A DNA stretch of 63,525 bases, counting the filler. It is 4 parts of 4 records of this genome, joined end to end, with 100 filler letters (N's around TTAATTAATTAA, not from the genome) between each part and the next. Parts side by side here need not be neighbours in the genome. Positions count along the whole stretch, not along the records: positions 1 to 31,614 come from SRR31156797_11047; 3 more parts are not named here. The stretch is one strand, 5' to 3'. Both the position numbers and the translations under genes were made by a program. Below the pieces are notes generated by a model. That model was given only the letters and a program-made list of their open reading frames with translations. It was not told the origin of the DNA and searched no databases. Below, piece by piece: positions 10,512 to 20,512 of the stretch (positions are counted from its first letter, which is position 1; each line of letters starts with the position of its first letter).

Positions 10512-12035
10512 GTGAAAAAGAAACATACTTTATTCTCAATTCTTTTTGCAACGATTGTTCTCCTAAGTGCCTGCACTAGCAAAACAAAGAATGCTCAAGA
10601 AACTAAAAAACAAAGACCTAACATCATATTTTTAATGGATGACCAGCATAGACACGATGCGCTAGGCGTGGTAAATCCAACCGTAAAAACACCTAATCTG
10701 GACAAATTGGCCAATGAAGGAATTCGCTATACACAAGCAGTTTGTCAGGCTCCTATGTGTGTTCCAAGTCGTAACTCGATGATGCTTGGACTTTACCCTA
10801 ACCAGGTTGGCATTTTAAGGAACGGAAATGGACTCCCGGATTCATTATTGCCAGCTAAAACATTGGCTCAATTATTTTTAGAGGCAGGATACGAAACTGC
10901 CGGTTTTGGAAAAACACACTGGGGTAGCAGCAGACAACCCTTTTTACCTTCTACCCGTGGTTTTGAAACCCGATTTATTGCAGAATGTCCGGAAGAAGGT
11001 GCTGTAATGATGATTGATGTTGATCCCGACAAAAAAGCTTTATATACCGAAGAAACAAAAGATTACGGAGGTGGAGAAGAAAAACCGAATGGTTACATAG
11101 GAAGAACAAGCGGAATTCCGGAAGACTGTCACCGAGACGGTTGGGTTACTGAAAAATGTCTGGATTACATTCAGAACAGAAATGATGAACGTCCTTTATT
11201 TTTATACCTGTCATTTTTAAAACCTCATGCAGCACACAATATTCCTGAAGGATTTGAAGATGAATACGATCTTGAAAATACCAGCTACGCCCAGCAGCCA
11301 GATTGGAATAAAGACCAATCGCCTCATGCGCTTGGTATCAACAGAAGAGATTTGTATATCAACTTTTGGAAAAACGCATCAGAACAGCAATGGAAAGAGA
11401 TGACCATGCGTTATTATGCCAATTGCACCTGGATAGATGATATGTTCGGCCGTGCACTTAAAGCATTAGAAGAAAAACAGTTGTTGGATAACGCCATCAT
11501 CATTTATGTCTCAGATCATGGCGAAATGCTGGGAGAAAGATATTACCGCTTTAATAAATACTGTTTTTACGAATCCAGTGTTCGTGTTCCAATTATCATT
11601 GCAGGTTCTGCCCTACCAGAAAACCTCAAAGGTACTATTGACGAAAGAAATGCGGAATTAGTTGACATATACCCAACCTTGCTGAATCTTGCCGGAATTG
11701 AGACTCCTGAAACCATCGTTGGTTTAAATCTATTTGACAATCAACAACGAACTGGTACTTTTTCGGCTTTACACGAAAATAAAAAGCAAGCTTCCTTTAT
11801 GTGGCGGAATAAAGACCACAAGCTTATTCTTGTATTCAATCGGAAGAAAGATGCCAGTACTTATCATTTTGAAGACATCGCAAGTGGAGAATTTTACAAT
11901 CTAAAAACCGATTCTTTAGAATGGAACAATCTTTATGAGGATAATAATTATAAAGAAACAATAAGCGAGATGTCAAATGCTTTATTAGCACATCTGAAAA
12001 CTCAAACTACGCATAAACCTATTGATCAAGAGTAG
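10512..12035 (+). CDS. S1 formylglycine-dependent sulfatase (Cys-type) lipoprotein
   Basis: PNIIFLMDDQHR, CVPSR (CxPxR), GKTH, KPH, SDHGEMLGE; lipobox LSAC. Confidence 0.9.
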   Translation: MKKKHTLFSILFATIVLLSACTSKTKNAQETKKQRPNIIFLMDDQHRHDALGVVNPTVKTPNLDKLANEGIRYTQAVCQAPMCVPSRNSMMLGLYPNQVGILRNGNGLPDSLLPAKTLAQLFLEAGYETAGFGKTHWGSSRQPFLPSTRGFETRFIAECPEEGAVMMIDVDPDKKALYTEETKDYGGGEEKPNGYIGRTSGIPEDCHRDGWVTEKCLDYIQNRNDERPLFLYLSFLKPHAAHNIPEGFEDEYDLENTSYAQQPDWNKDQSPHALGINRRDLYINFWKNASEQQWKEMTMRYYANCTWIDDMFGRALKALEEKQLLDNAIIIYVSDHGEMLGERYYRFNKYCFYESSVRVPIIIAGSALPENLKGTIDERNAELVDIYPTLLNLAGIETPETIVGLNLFDNQQRTGTFSALHENKKQASFMWRNKDHKLILVFNRKKDASTYHFEDIASGEFYNLKTDSLEWNNLYEDNNYKETISEMSNALLAHLKTQTTHKPIDQE

Positions 12036-12130
12036 TTAGAATTACAAAGCAATCTACAAAACATTAACACCATTTAAAAGATAACTAATAAACTGGTAAG
12101 ATGAATATTAGAGCAATCCAACGCATCAAG

Positions 12131-12196
12131 CATGGATAAAATGACATGAATGCGGAAGAATGTCTATTTATAGATTTTTTAACATTTATACTTTTG
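12131..12196 (+). promoter_or_regulatory. Promoter with the same putative activator repeat, rightward pectin operon
   Basis: CATGGATAAAATGACATGAATGCGGAAGAATGTCTATTT-N19-TACTTTTG. Confidence 0.65.
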
Positions 12197-12235
12197 TGTT
12201 CATCATATTAGCATAATTCAGGAAAATAAAATTCA

Positions 12236-15200
12236 ATGAAATTGTTTAGTACAAAAACATATTTAGTTTTTACATTTATCGCAGCTTCCTTTTTATACAC
12301 AGGAACAAGCGCAAAGGCTAAAAAGAAATCAAAAAATAAAGAAAAGCAGGAAAATGTAGCACAAGCTCCTGCTCAAAATGATGCAAATACGCCGCTTCAT
12401 CTGTTGAAACCTGAATATCCGATAGAGTATCAAGCTCCTAATTCAGAAAGCATCAAATCTCAAATGGATAAGGTTTATGATTATTTATCCGCTGTTACAC
12501 CAACTGAAATCATTAATAAAAACACAAAAAGTAAAATTTCGTCCTATGATAACATCGACAGGAATGCTGTCATTGCACCGGGTGATTTCATATTGACATC
12601 ATATGAATGGGGTGTTACCTATGCAGCCATGCTAAAAATGGCTCAGGTTTCTGATGATTATAAGTATCTGGACTATGTACGAGAAAGATTCACTTTTTTA
12701 GCTGAAATAGCGCCACATTTTAAGCAGCAACTTGACGAAACTGGTGTTATTGACAAACAAATGACAAAAGTACTTCAGCCTAAAGCGCTGGATGATGCAG
12801 GGGCCATGTGTGCTGCCATGATTAAAACCTATATGTTCGACAAAAAGAACCTGCCTGTCCGTCCTCTTATCGATCGATATGCTGATTACATCATGTATCA
12901 TGAATACAGACTTAACGATGGCATCTTTGGCAGAAACCGCCCTATTTACAAATCAGTTTGGTTAGATGACATGTTTATGGGTATTCCTGCGCTTCTGCAA
13001 ATGGGAAAACTTACTCGTGATGAAAAATACACCAATGAAGCCATTAAACAAATCAAACTTTTTAAAGAAAAAATGTTTGTGGCAGAAAAAGGTTTATTCA
13101 GACATGGTTGGGCTGAAGGCTTAAAACCTCAACCAACTATTTTCTGGGCTAGAGCCAACGGTTGGGCACTTTTAACGCTTTGTGAAGCTTTAGATGTACT
13201 TCCTTTAAAGCATCCCGATAGAGATGAAATATTAAAATTATACCAAACTCATATTCAATCCTTAGTTGAATACCAATCAGGCACAGGATTATGGCACCAG
13301 TTAATCAATAAAAACGATAGTTACCTTGAAACTTCGGCCAGTGCAATTTACACATATGCCATTGCGCATGGAATAAACAATGGGTGGTTAAATGCACGCG
13401 TTTATGGCCCTGTTGCTGTTCTGGGATGGAATGCAATTAGTTCCAAGATAAACGAAAAAGGGCAAGTTGAAGGAACATGTGTGGGTACAGGTATGGCATT
13501 TGATCCTGCCTTTTATTATCATCGTCCGGTAAGTGCGATGGCTGCACATGGTTACGGCCCCATGTTATTAGCAGGAGCTGAAATGTTGGAATTAAGCAAA
13601 CACTGGTTCCCTAAGATGAATGATAATGCCGTTCATTTTTATAGTCAGACTCAACCTTATTCTGAACCTATTTTTAGCGAAAGTGATCCAAGACATCCTC
13701 CGTTTTTAAAAGGTGGAAGCACCAGAAAAGGTGATAACCCGGTGGTATTCGTCATTGGAGATTCAACGGTTAAAAATGGTCGTGGAACAGGAACCAACGG
13801 ACAATGGGGATGGGCAAGCTTCTTTGAGCAATATTTTGATACAACACAAATTTCTATTGAAAACCATGCATTGGGAGGAAGAAGCAGTCGTACTTTCCTT
13901 ACCGAAGGTTTATGGCAAAATGTATTGGAAGGCTTGAAAGAAGGTGATTATTTGTTTATACAGTTCGGACATAACGATGGCGGACCGTTTAACACAGGTA
14001 GAGCCAGAGCATCTATTAAAGGTGCTGGTGATGAATCTGAAACTTATATTATGGAGGCTACTGGCGGACCTGAAACAGTTTATACTTTTGGTCACTATAT
14101 CCGTCACTATATCAAACAAGCCAAAGCTCATGGCGTAAATGTGATTGCTTTATCCCATACGCCACGAAACAATTGGGAAGAGGACAAGATGCATCGCGTA
14201 ACAGACTCTTATGCAAAGTGGACAAAGCAAGTAGCCGAAGAAGAAAACGTATGTTACATTGATTGCAACGACTTGTGTGCAACTGAATATGAAAAAATTG
14301 GAGAAGAAGCAACAAAACCATATTTCATGGATAATGTACATACCTCATATATTGGTGCTATTCTTCATGGAAAAACAATTGCGAATGCTGTTCTGAAGCT
14401 GGAAAACTGTGATTTAAAGAATTTTATGAAACCAGAAAAGGTGGCTAATCCTGTAAAAACAGCTCCATATCCACTTTACAGAGATCCAATTTACGATGGT
14501 GCAGCTGACCCTGTAGTTATCTGGAATAAAAAAGAAGGTAAATGGTTTATGTTTTATACCAACCGTAGAGCTAACCTTAAAAATGCTAAAGGCGTGGATT
14601 GGGTTCATGGAACACCTATAGGAATTGCAGAATCAACTGATGGTGGTTTAACCTGGACATACAAAACCGATGCAAATATCAATTTCCAGGGTAAAGATGA
14701 CATTACCTACTGGGCGCCTGATGTTATGGAATATGATGGAACTTACCATATGTATTTAACCATTGTTCCCGGAACTTTCTCCGATTGGGGACATCCAAGA
14801 GATATTGTACACTTTACCAGTGATAATTTGATTGACTGGAAGTTTGAATCGACTCTAAAACTGGCTTCTGATAAAGTAATTGATGCCGATGTGGTAATGG
14901 CTCCAAACGGAAAATGGAGAATGTATTACAATAATGAAAGACGCAACAAGTCTATTTATTACGCAGAAAGCGATGATCTTTATAATTGGGAAGATAAAGG
15001 TTTAGCAATGGGTGATAAGAGAGGCGAAGGCCCTGTGGTATTCTATTGGAAAGACCGCTATTTTATGATTGTAGATGCCTGGCGAGGTTTAGCCGTATTC
15101 GAATCTAAAAATATGGAAAACTGGCATATGCAACGCGATAACATTTTAAAAGCACCGGGCTTTGGTGTTGATGATAAAGTGAAAGGCGGCCATTGCGATG

Positions 15201-15391
15201 TGGTAGTAAATAATGATAAAGCCTATATTTTTTACTTCACCCATCCTGGACGTCAGAAAGGAGTAAAAGAGGATAACTACGAAACCAGAAGAACATCTAT
15301 TTTGGTAAGCGAATTACAATATAAAAATGGTCAGATTGTTTGTAATCGTAACCTACCGGTACCAATCAACCTTATTCCGGAATCCAAATAA
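12236..15391 (+). CDS. Trimodular GH105 + CE12 esterase + GH43-like beta-propeller protein
   Basis: GH105: YEWGV, VWLDDMFM, WARANGW, ETSAS; CE12 from ~13733: IGDSTV, QFGHND, DNVH; GH43-like from ~14462: DGAADP, YWAPDV, VIDA, EGP. Confidence 0.85.
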   Translation: MKLFSTKTYLVFTFIAASFLYTGTSAKAKKKSKNKEKQENVAQAPAQNDANTPLHLLKPEYPIEYQAPNSESIKSQMDKVYDYLSAVTPTEIINKNTKSKISSYDNIDRNAVIAPGDFILTSYEWGVTYAAMLKMAQVSDDYKYLDYVRERFTFLAEIAPHFKQQLDETGVIDKQMTKVLQPKALDDAGAMCAAMIKTYMFDKKNLPVRPLIDRYADYIMYHEYRLNDGIFGRNRPIYKSVWLDDMFMGIPALLQMGKLTRDEKYTNEAIKQIKLFKEKMFVAEKGLFRHGWAEGLKPQPTIFWARANGWALLTLCEALDVLPLKHPDRDEILKLYQTHIQSLVEYQSGTGLWHQLINKNDSYLETSASAIYTYAIAHGINNGWLNARVYGPVAVLGWNAISSKINEKGQVEGTCVGTGMAFDPAFYYHRPVSAMAAHGYGPMLLAGAEMLELSKHWFPKMNDNAVHFYSQTQPYSEPIFSESDPRHPPFLKGGSTRKGDNPVVFVIGDSTVKNGRGTGTNGQWGWASFFEQYFDTTQISIENHALGGRSSRTFLTEGLWQNVLEGLKEGDYLFIQFGHNDGGPFNTGRARASIKGAGDESETYIMEATGGPETVYTFGHYIRHYIKQAKAHGVNVIALSHTPRNNWEEDKMHRVTDSYAKWTKQVAEEENVCYIDCNDLCATEYEKIGEEATKPYFMDNVHTSYIGAILHGKTIANAVLKLENCDLKNFMKPEKVANPVKTAPYPLYRDPIYDGAADPVVIWNKKEGKWFMFYTNRRANLKNAKGVDWVHGTPIGIAESTDGGLTWTYKTDANINFQGKDDITYWAPDVMEYDGTYHMYLTIVPGTFSDWGHPRDIVHFTSDNLIDWKFESTLKLASDKVIDADVVMAPNGKWRMYYNNERRNKSIYYAESDDLYNWEDKGLAMGDKRGEGPVVFYWKDRYFMIVDAWRGLAVFESKNMENWHMQRDNILKAPGFGVDDKVKGGHCDVVVNNDKAYIFYFTHPGRQKGVKEDNYETRRTSILVSELQYKNGQIVCNRNLPVPINLIPESK

Positions 15392-15426
15392 TTAATACAG
15401 AAACGAAATAAACTAATTATATAAAA

Positions 15427-16173
15427 ATGAAATTCAATTTTATCATACTTGTAGCACTTTTAATCGGTTTTGTTGCTTGCGAAAACCAACCTCAACATAT
15501 TAATATATTTATTGCAGGTGATTCTACTGCGCAAACTCAAAATCCTGAAAAAACAGTAATGAGAGGATGGGGACAGGTATTTCAAAGTTATTTTGATACA
15601 ACAGTAACTGTTCAAAACAGGGCTATGGGAGGAAGAAGTACCAAAACATTTATTAGTGAAGAGCGCTGGCAAAAAATTCTGGATGATATTCAACCAAATG
15701 ACTACGTAATTATTCAGTTTGGACATAATGATGCATCTACACGTCCTGAAAGACATGCATCTTACCCGGATTACAAGCAGAATTTAATTACAATGGTAAA
15801 TCAAGCCAGAGAAAAACAAGCGAATCCAATTTTAGCTACTTCTATTGTCATGAGAACTTTTAAAGGACGTAGTCTGGTAGATGATCGCTTATTAGGTTAC
15901 CCGGCCATTACACGTCAGGTGGCTGATTCTTTAAATGTTCCTATGATTGATGCCTATGTTAAAACCCGGGATATGATTATTATGATGGGTGATTCGGCTT
16001 CAAAGTCGCTTTACATGTGGGTTGAACCTGGTATTGATAAAAACAGACCAGACGGATCTCAAGATGATACACATTTACAGGAACCGGGCGCTCATGCCGT
16101 TGCTAAAATTATTGCTGAAGAAATTAAAAAACAAAACCTTAAAGATTTAGCTGATCATGTGCTTATCCCGTAA
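15427..16173 (+). CDS. CE12 rhamnogalacturonan acetylesterase lipoprotein
   Basis: IAGDST, GWGQ, GGRST, QFGHND, DDTH; lipobox FVAC. Confidence 0.88.
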   Translation: MKFNFIILVALLIGFVACENQPQHINIFIAGDSTAQTQNPEKTVMRGWGQVFQSYFDTTVTVQNRAMGGRSTKTFISEERWQKILDDIQPNDYVIIQFGHNDASTRPERHASYPDYKQNLITMVNQAREKQANPILATSIVMRTFKGRSLVDDRLLGYPAITRQVADSLNVPMIDAYVKTRDMIIMMGDSASKSLYMWVEPGIDKNRPDGSQDDTHLQEPGAHAVAKIIAEEIKKQNLKDLADHVLIP

Positions 16174-18931
16174 ATATACATTCAGTGTTATTATTGTCCT
16201 GCTGGCTCTAGCTTTGGGTGCTTGTCAATCTCAAGTACAATGGCCAGAAGAATCGACCGAAACAAAACCAGGTACCCGTTGGTGGTGGATGGGGAGTGCC
16301 TTGGACGAAGCCAATATTACTTACAATATGGAATCCTATGCAGAAGCAGGTATTGGTTCATTGGAGATTACACCTATTTACGGTGTGCAAGGCAATGATA
16401 GCAACGAGGTAGATTTTTTGTCACCTCGCTGGATGGAACTTTACAAACACACTTTAAAAGAAGGACAGCGTTTAGGTATAAATATTGACCTAAACACAGG
16501 TACTGGATGGCCTTTTGGAGGTCCCAATGTTGGAATTGAAGATGCTGCCTCATGCCTGCTTGTAAAAGAGTTTACTTTATTCGGTCAGGAAAAATTAAAA
16601 GAACCGGTTCTTCCGGATGATAAAAAGCAACAAAAAACGGCACATCTGGCCAAATTGATGGCCTACTCCAACAATGGTGAATGTATCGATTTAACAGATA
16701 AAGTAAAAGACCAGCTCCTTAACTGGACTGCACCTAATGGATCCTGGCGATTAATTGCTTTATTTGAAGGCAATACTTTTCAAAAAGTAAAACGTGCGGC
16801 TCCCGGTGGTAAAGGTTTTGTGATCAACCACTTTTCAAAAGAAAGCGTTGAAAAATACCTGAATAAGTTTACCAAAGCATTTAAAGAATCTGAAGCTCCC
16901 CTACCTCATAACTTTTTTAATGACAGTTATGAAGTTTACCGTGCAGACTGGACTCCTGGTCTTTTAGGTGCTTTTGAAAAGATGCATGGCTATAAACTGG
17001 AAGAGTATTTACCTTACTTTTTAAGTGAAGAAAGAAACGACACGACAGCCAGAATTATTTCTGATTACAGAGAAACTTTATCTGAATTAATCTTAAATAA
17101 TTTTACAAATCCATGGACAGAGTGGGCACATAGTCTGAATGCCAAAACCCGTAATCAGGCCCATGGTTCACCGGGTAATTTAATTGACATTTATGCAGCA
17201 GTAGATATTCCTGAATGCGAAGGATTTGGATTGTCAGATTTTCATATCAAAGGTCTAAGACAAGATTCTATGACCCGACATAATGATTCTGACCTTTCGA
17301 TGTTAAAATATGCCTCTTCGGCAGCACATATTGCGGGTAAAAAATATACCTCATCAGAAACATTCACCTGGCTAACGGAACATTTCAGAACCTCATTTTC
17401 GCAATGTAAACCCGATTTAGATTTGATGTTTGTATCTGGTGTGAATCATATGAATTTTCACGGAACAACCTACAGTCCCAAAGAAGCTGCCTGGCCGGGC
17501 TGGAAGTTTTATGCTTCTATCGACATGAGTCCAACCAATTCTCTATGGAGTCATGCAAAGCCATTCTGCCAATATATCTCCAGGGTACAATCCTTTTTAC
17601 AAATGGGACAACCGGATAACGACTTTTTGGTGTATTTACCCGTGTACGACATGTGGCACGATCAGGAAGGCAGACTCTTAATGTTCGATATTCATAAAAT
17701 GAACGAAAGAGCTCCTGAATTTATAAAAGTCGTGCACCAGATTAGTGAACAAGGCTATGATATGGATTACATTTCTGATGAATTTGTAAGAAATACTCAG
17801 GTTAGTGGAGGTTCACTTCTTACATCCGGAGGAGCATCTTACAAAGCCATCATCGTACCTTCTGTTCATAAAATGCCGGTTGATGTATTGGATAAATTAA
17901 TAAAACTGGCACAACAGGGTGCTAAAGTGGTATTTTTAGATAACTACCCATCAGATGTTCCAGGATTTTCAACACTGTCAGAAAGAAGAAGCCAATTTAA
18001 TAAGTTAGTGAGCCAATTACCTCATAGTAGCTTTAAAAGTAATAACGTTACTTCATTTGGTGAAGGTACGATCATTACCGGATTAATTCATACCAATGCG
18101 CTGGCTGAAACCGGGGTCATGGCAGAAGAATTAAAAACAAAGGCCCAATTACAGTTTATTCGTAGAAAAAATAACACGGGCTATCACTACTTTATTTCTG
18201 CCTTAAAAGGTGAAGATACTGATACGTGGATCACACTTCCTGGCAAAGCACAATCTGTTGTGTTTTTTAATCCTTTAAATGGACAAGCTGGAATGGCTGA
18301 AATCAAACAGAACGATCAGCAAACAAAGGTTCATATCCAGCTAAAATCCGGAGAATCCTTAGTTATGCAAACTTATACTAACAATAGTATTAAAACTAAA
18401 GCTTGGCCATATGTAAGTGAATCAGGGACTCCTTTTATCTTAAAAAATAATTGGAAAGTTTACTTTAAAGAAAGTACACCTGCTATTGTTGATACCTTTG
18501 ACTTACCTCAGTTGATTCCATGGACTGAACTGAATATTCCGGAAGCGAAGGAAAACAAAGGTGTTGCTGTTTATTCTACATCGTTTAGTGTAAATAAAGC
18601 TGAAGCAGAGGATTGGTTATTGGATTTAGGTGATGTAAGAGAAACAGCTAAAGTTACTATCAACGGTGAGCATGTGCAAACACTTTGGTGTGTTCCGTAT
18701 GCGCTTTTTATAGGTGATTATTTAGAAAATGGCATCAACACTATTGAAATTGAAGTTGCCGGCTTACCTGCTAACCATATTGCCAGTCTGGATAGAAAAG
18801 GAGTTCAGTGGCGTATTTTTAAGGAAATTAATTTTGTAGATATCAACTATAAAAGAACTGGTTATGCACATTGGGAAACCATGCCAGCCGGTTTAAACAG
18901 CCAGGTGAAGCTTGTACCTGTCAACTTTTAA
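16157..18931 (+). CDS. GH106 alpha-L-rhamnosidase
   Basis: KPGTRWWWMG, EITPIYG, GWPFGGP, FNDSYE, QAHG, SETFTW; lipobox LGAC. Confidence 0.87.
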   Translation: MCLSRKYTFSVIIVLLALALGACQSQVQWPEESTETKPGTRWWWMGSALDEANITYNMESYAEAGIGSLEITPIYGVQGNDSNEVDFLSPRWMELYKHTLKEGQRLGINIDLNTGTGWPFGGPNVGIEDAASCLLVKEFTLFGQEKLKEPVLPDDKKQQKTAHLAKLMAYSNNGECIDLTDKVKDQLLNWTAPNGSWRLIALFEGNTFQKVKRAAPGGKGFVINHFSKESVEKYLNKFTKAFKESEAPLPHNFFNDSYEVYRADWTPGLLGAFEKMHGYKLEEYLPYFLSEERNDTTARIISDYRETLSELILNNFTNPWTEWAHSLNAKTRNQAHGSPGNLIDIYAAVDIPECEGFGLSDFHIKGLRQDSMTRHNDSDLSMLKYASSAAHIAGKKYTSSETFTWLTEHFRTSFSQCKPDLDLMFVSGVNHMNFHGTTYSPKEAAWPGWKFYASIDMSPTNSLWSHAKPFCQYISRVQSFLQMGQPDNDFLVYLPVYDMWHDQEGRLLMFDIHKMNERAPEFIKVVHQISEQGYDMDYISDEFVRNTQVSGGSLLTSGGASYKAIIVPSVHKMPVDVLDKLIKLAQQGAKVVFLDNYPSDVPGFSTLSERRSQFNKLVSQLPHSSFKSNNVTSFGEGTIITGLIHTNALAETGVMAEELKTKAQLQFIRRKNNTGYHYFISALKGEDTDTWITLPGKAQSVVFFNPLNGQAGMAEIKQNDQQTKVHIQLKSGESLVMQTYTNNSIKTKAWPYVSESGTPFILKNNWKVYFKESTPAIVDTFDLPQLIPWTELNIPEAKENKGVAVYSTSFSVNKAEAEDWLLDLGDVRETAKVTINGEHVQTLWCVPYALFIGDYLENGINTIEIEVAGLPANHIASLDRKGVQWRIFKEINFVDINYKRTGYAHWETMPAGLNSQVKLVPVNF

Positions 18932-18948
18932 AACAAAAAAATTAAAAC

Positions 18949-20400
18949 ATGAAGACATTAATAACGTTCCTGATAGTTTTTTCTTTTTGTCAGCTTTATG
19001 CACAGAAAGACGATGCTATTCCTCATTTTGTATGGATGGAAGAAGTGGGCGCTCACTCCTTTCCTCCTTCCGAAAAAATATTTAACGTTAAAGATTACGG
19101 TGCTGTCGGCGATGCTATTGCCTTGAATACTGAAGCTATTCAAAAAGCCATTGATGCAGCCGAAAAAGCTGGTGGCGGTATCGTTACCTTTCAACCGGGA
19201 GTATATCTTACCGGCTCTTTATTTATTGGTGACAATGTAAATTTTAATATTCCTAAAGGCACCATGCTAATGGGAAGTCAAAACCTGGAAGATTACAAAT
19301 ATATTGATACAAGAGTTGCCGGTATTGAAATGAAATGGCCTGCAGCTTTGGTTAATATCATTGATAAAAAAAATGCTGCTATTACCGGAAGTGGTGTAAT
19401 TCATGGAAAAGGAAAAGTATTTTGGGATAAATACTGGACCATGCGTAAAGAATATGAAGCTAAAAAATTACGCTGGATTGTTGACTATGATTGTGATAGA
19501 CCTAGAGGAATACTCATTTCGAATTGCGAAAACGTAAGTGTTAATGATATTGTTTTATATCAGCCTGGTTTCTGGAGTTTGCATATTTTGTATTCTCAAT
19601 ATGTAACGATTGACAATGTCATTATCAGTAATAATATTGAAGGTCACGGACCAAGCACCGATGGTATTGATATCGATTCTTCAACGCATGTATTAGTGGA
19701 AAACTGCAGTATTAACTGTAATGATGATAATTTTTGTCTGAAAGCCGGAAGAGATAGTGATGGCTTGCGTGTTAACCGTCCTTGTGAATACATCATTCTG
19801 AGAAACTGTGTGGCAGGATTAGGTGCCGGTTTGGTTACCTGCGGAAGTGAAACTTCCGGGAGCATTCGTAACGTGGTTGCCTACAATCTTAAAGCCGAAG
19901 GAACCACTTATGGTTTAAGATTTAAAAGTACAACGCAAAGAGGAGGAAGTATAGAAAATATCTATCTTTCCAATATCACAATGGAAGATGTAAAATATCC
20001 TTTAACCGTAGATTTAAACTGGAATCCGGCCTATAGCAATTCTCTTTTGCCCGAAGGTTATGATATGGAGACTTTACCCGAGCATTGGTTAAAAATGTTA
20101 GCACAAGTTGATCCTAAAGATGGAACGCCTAAGTTTAAAAATATTTATTTCAATAATGTGAATGCTTCAAACGCTACTTCTTGTTTTAGAATTGGAGGAA
20201 TTGAAGAAAGTACTTTAGATAATTTTATTTTTAACGATGTTACTTTTGAGGGTAAAGACGCTGGTTTTATTAAATATGCCAAAAACTGGAAATTTAAAGA
20301 TTTCTCTATTAAGGCTCCTAACCATCTGAAGCTTAAAAACAATAAAAAGGTAAAGGTGGGTATTGAAGAAAAAGGCGATCTGATCATTACAAAGAATTAA
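18949..20400 (+). CDS. GH28 exo-acting galacturonidase
   Basis: FNVKDYGAVGD, STDGIDID, NDDNFCLKAG, GSE, LRFKS. Confidence 0.9.
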   Translation: MKTLITFLIVFSFCQLYAQKDDAIPHFVWMEEVGAHSFPPSEKIFNVKDYGAVGDAIALNTEAIQKAIDAAEKAGGGIVTFQPGVYLTGSLFIGDNVNFNIPKGTMLMGSQNLEDYKYIDTRVAGIEMKWPAALVNIIDKKNAAITGSGVIHGKGKVFWDKYWTMRKEYEAKKLRWIVDYDCDRPRGILISNCENVSVNDIVLYQPGFWSLHILYSQYVTIDNVIISNNIEGHGPSTDGIDIDSSTHVLVENCSINCNDDNFCLKAGRDSDGLRVNRPCEYIILRNCVAGLGAGLVTCGSETSGSIRNVVAYNLKAEGTTYGLRFKSTTQRGGSIENIYLSNITMEDVKYPLTVDLNWNPAYSNSLLPEGYDMETLPEHWLKMLAQVDPKDGTPKFKNIYFNNVNASNATSCFRIGGIEESTLDNFIFNDVTFEGKDAGFIKYAKNWKFKDFSIKAPNHLKLKNNKKVKVGIEEKGDLIITKN

Positions 20401-20512
20401 CAATATTTAATTACGTTTTAATCTAAGCTGGTGATACATTATTCATAAATCTGTTAGTTAAACGATTATTGATTCATGTATTTCTCAAAAAAGCTATAAA
20501 ACAAACACACCT

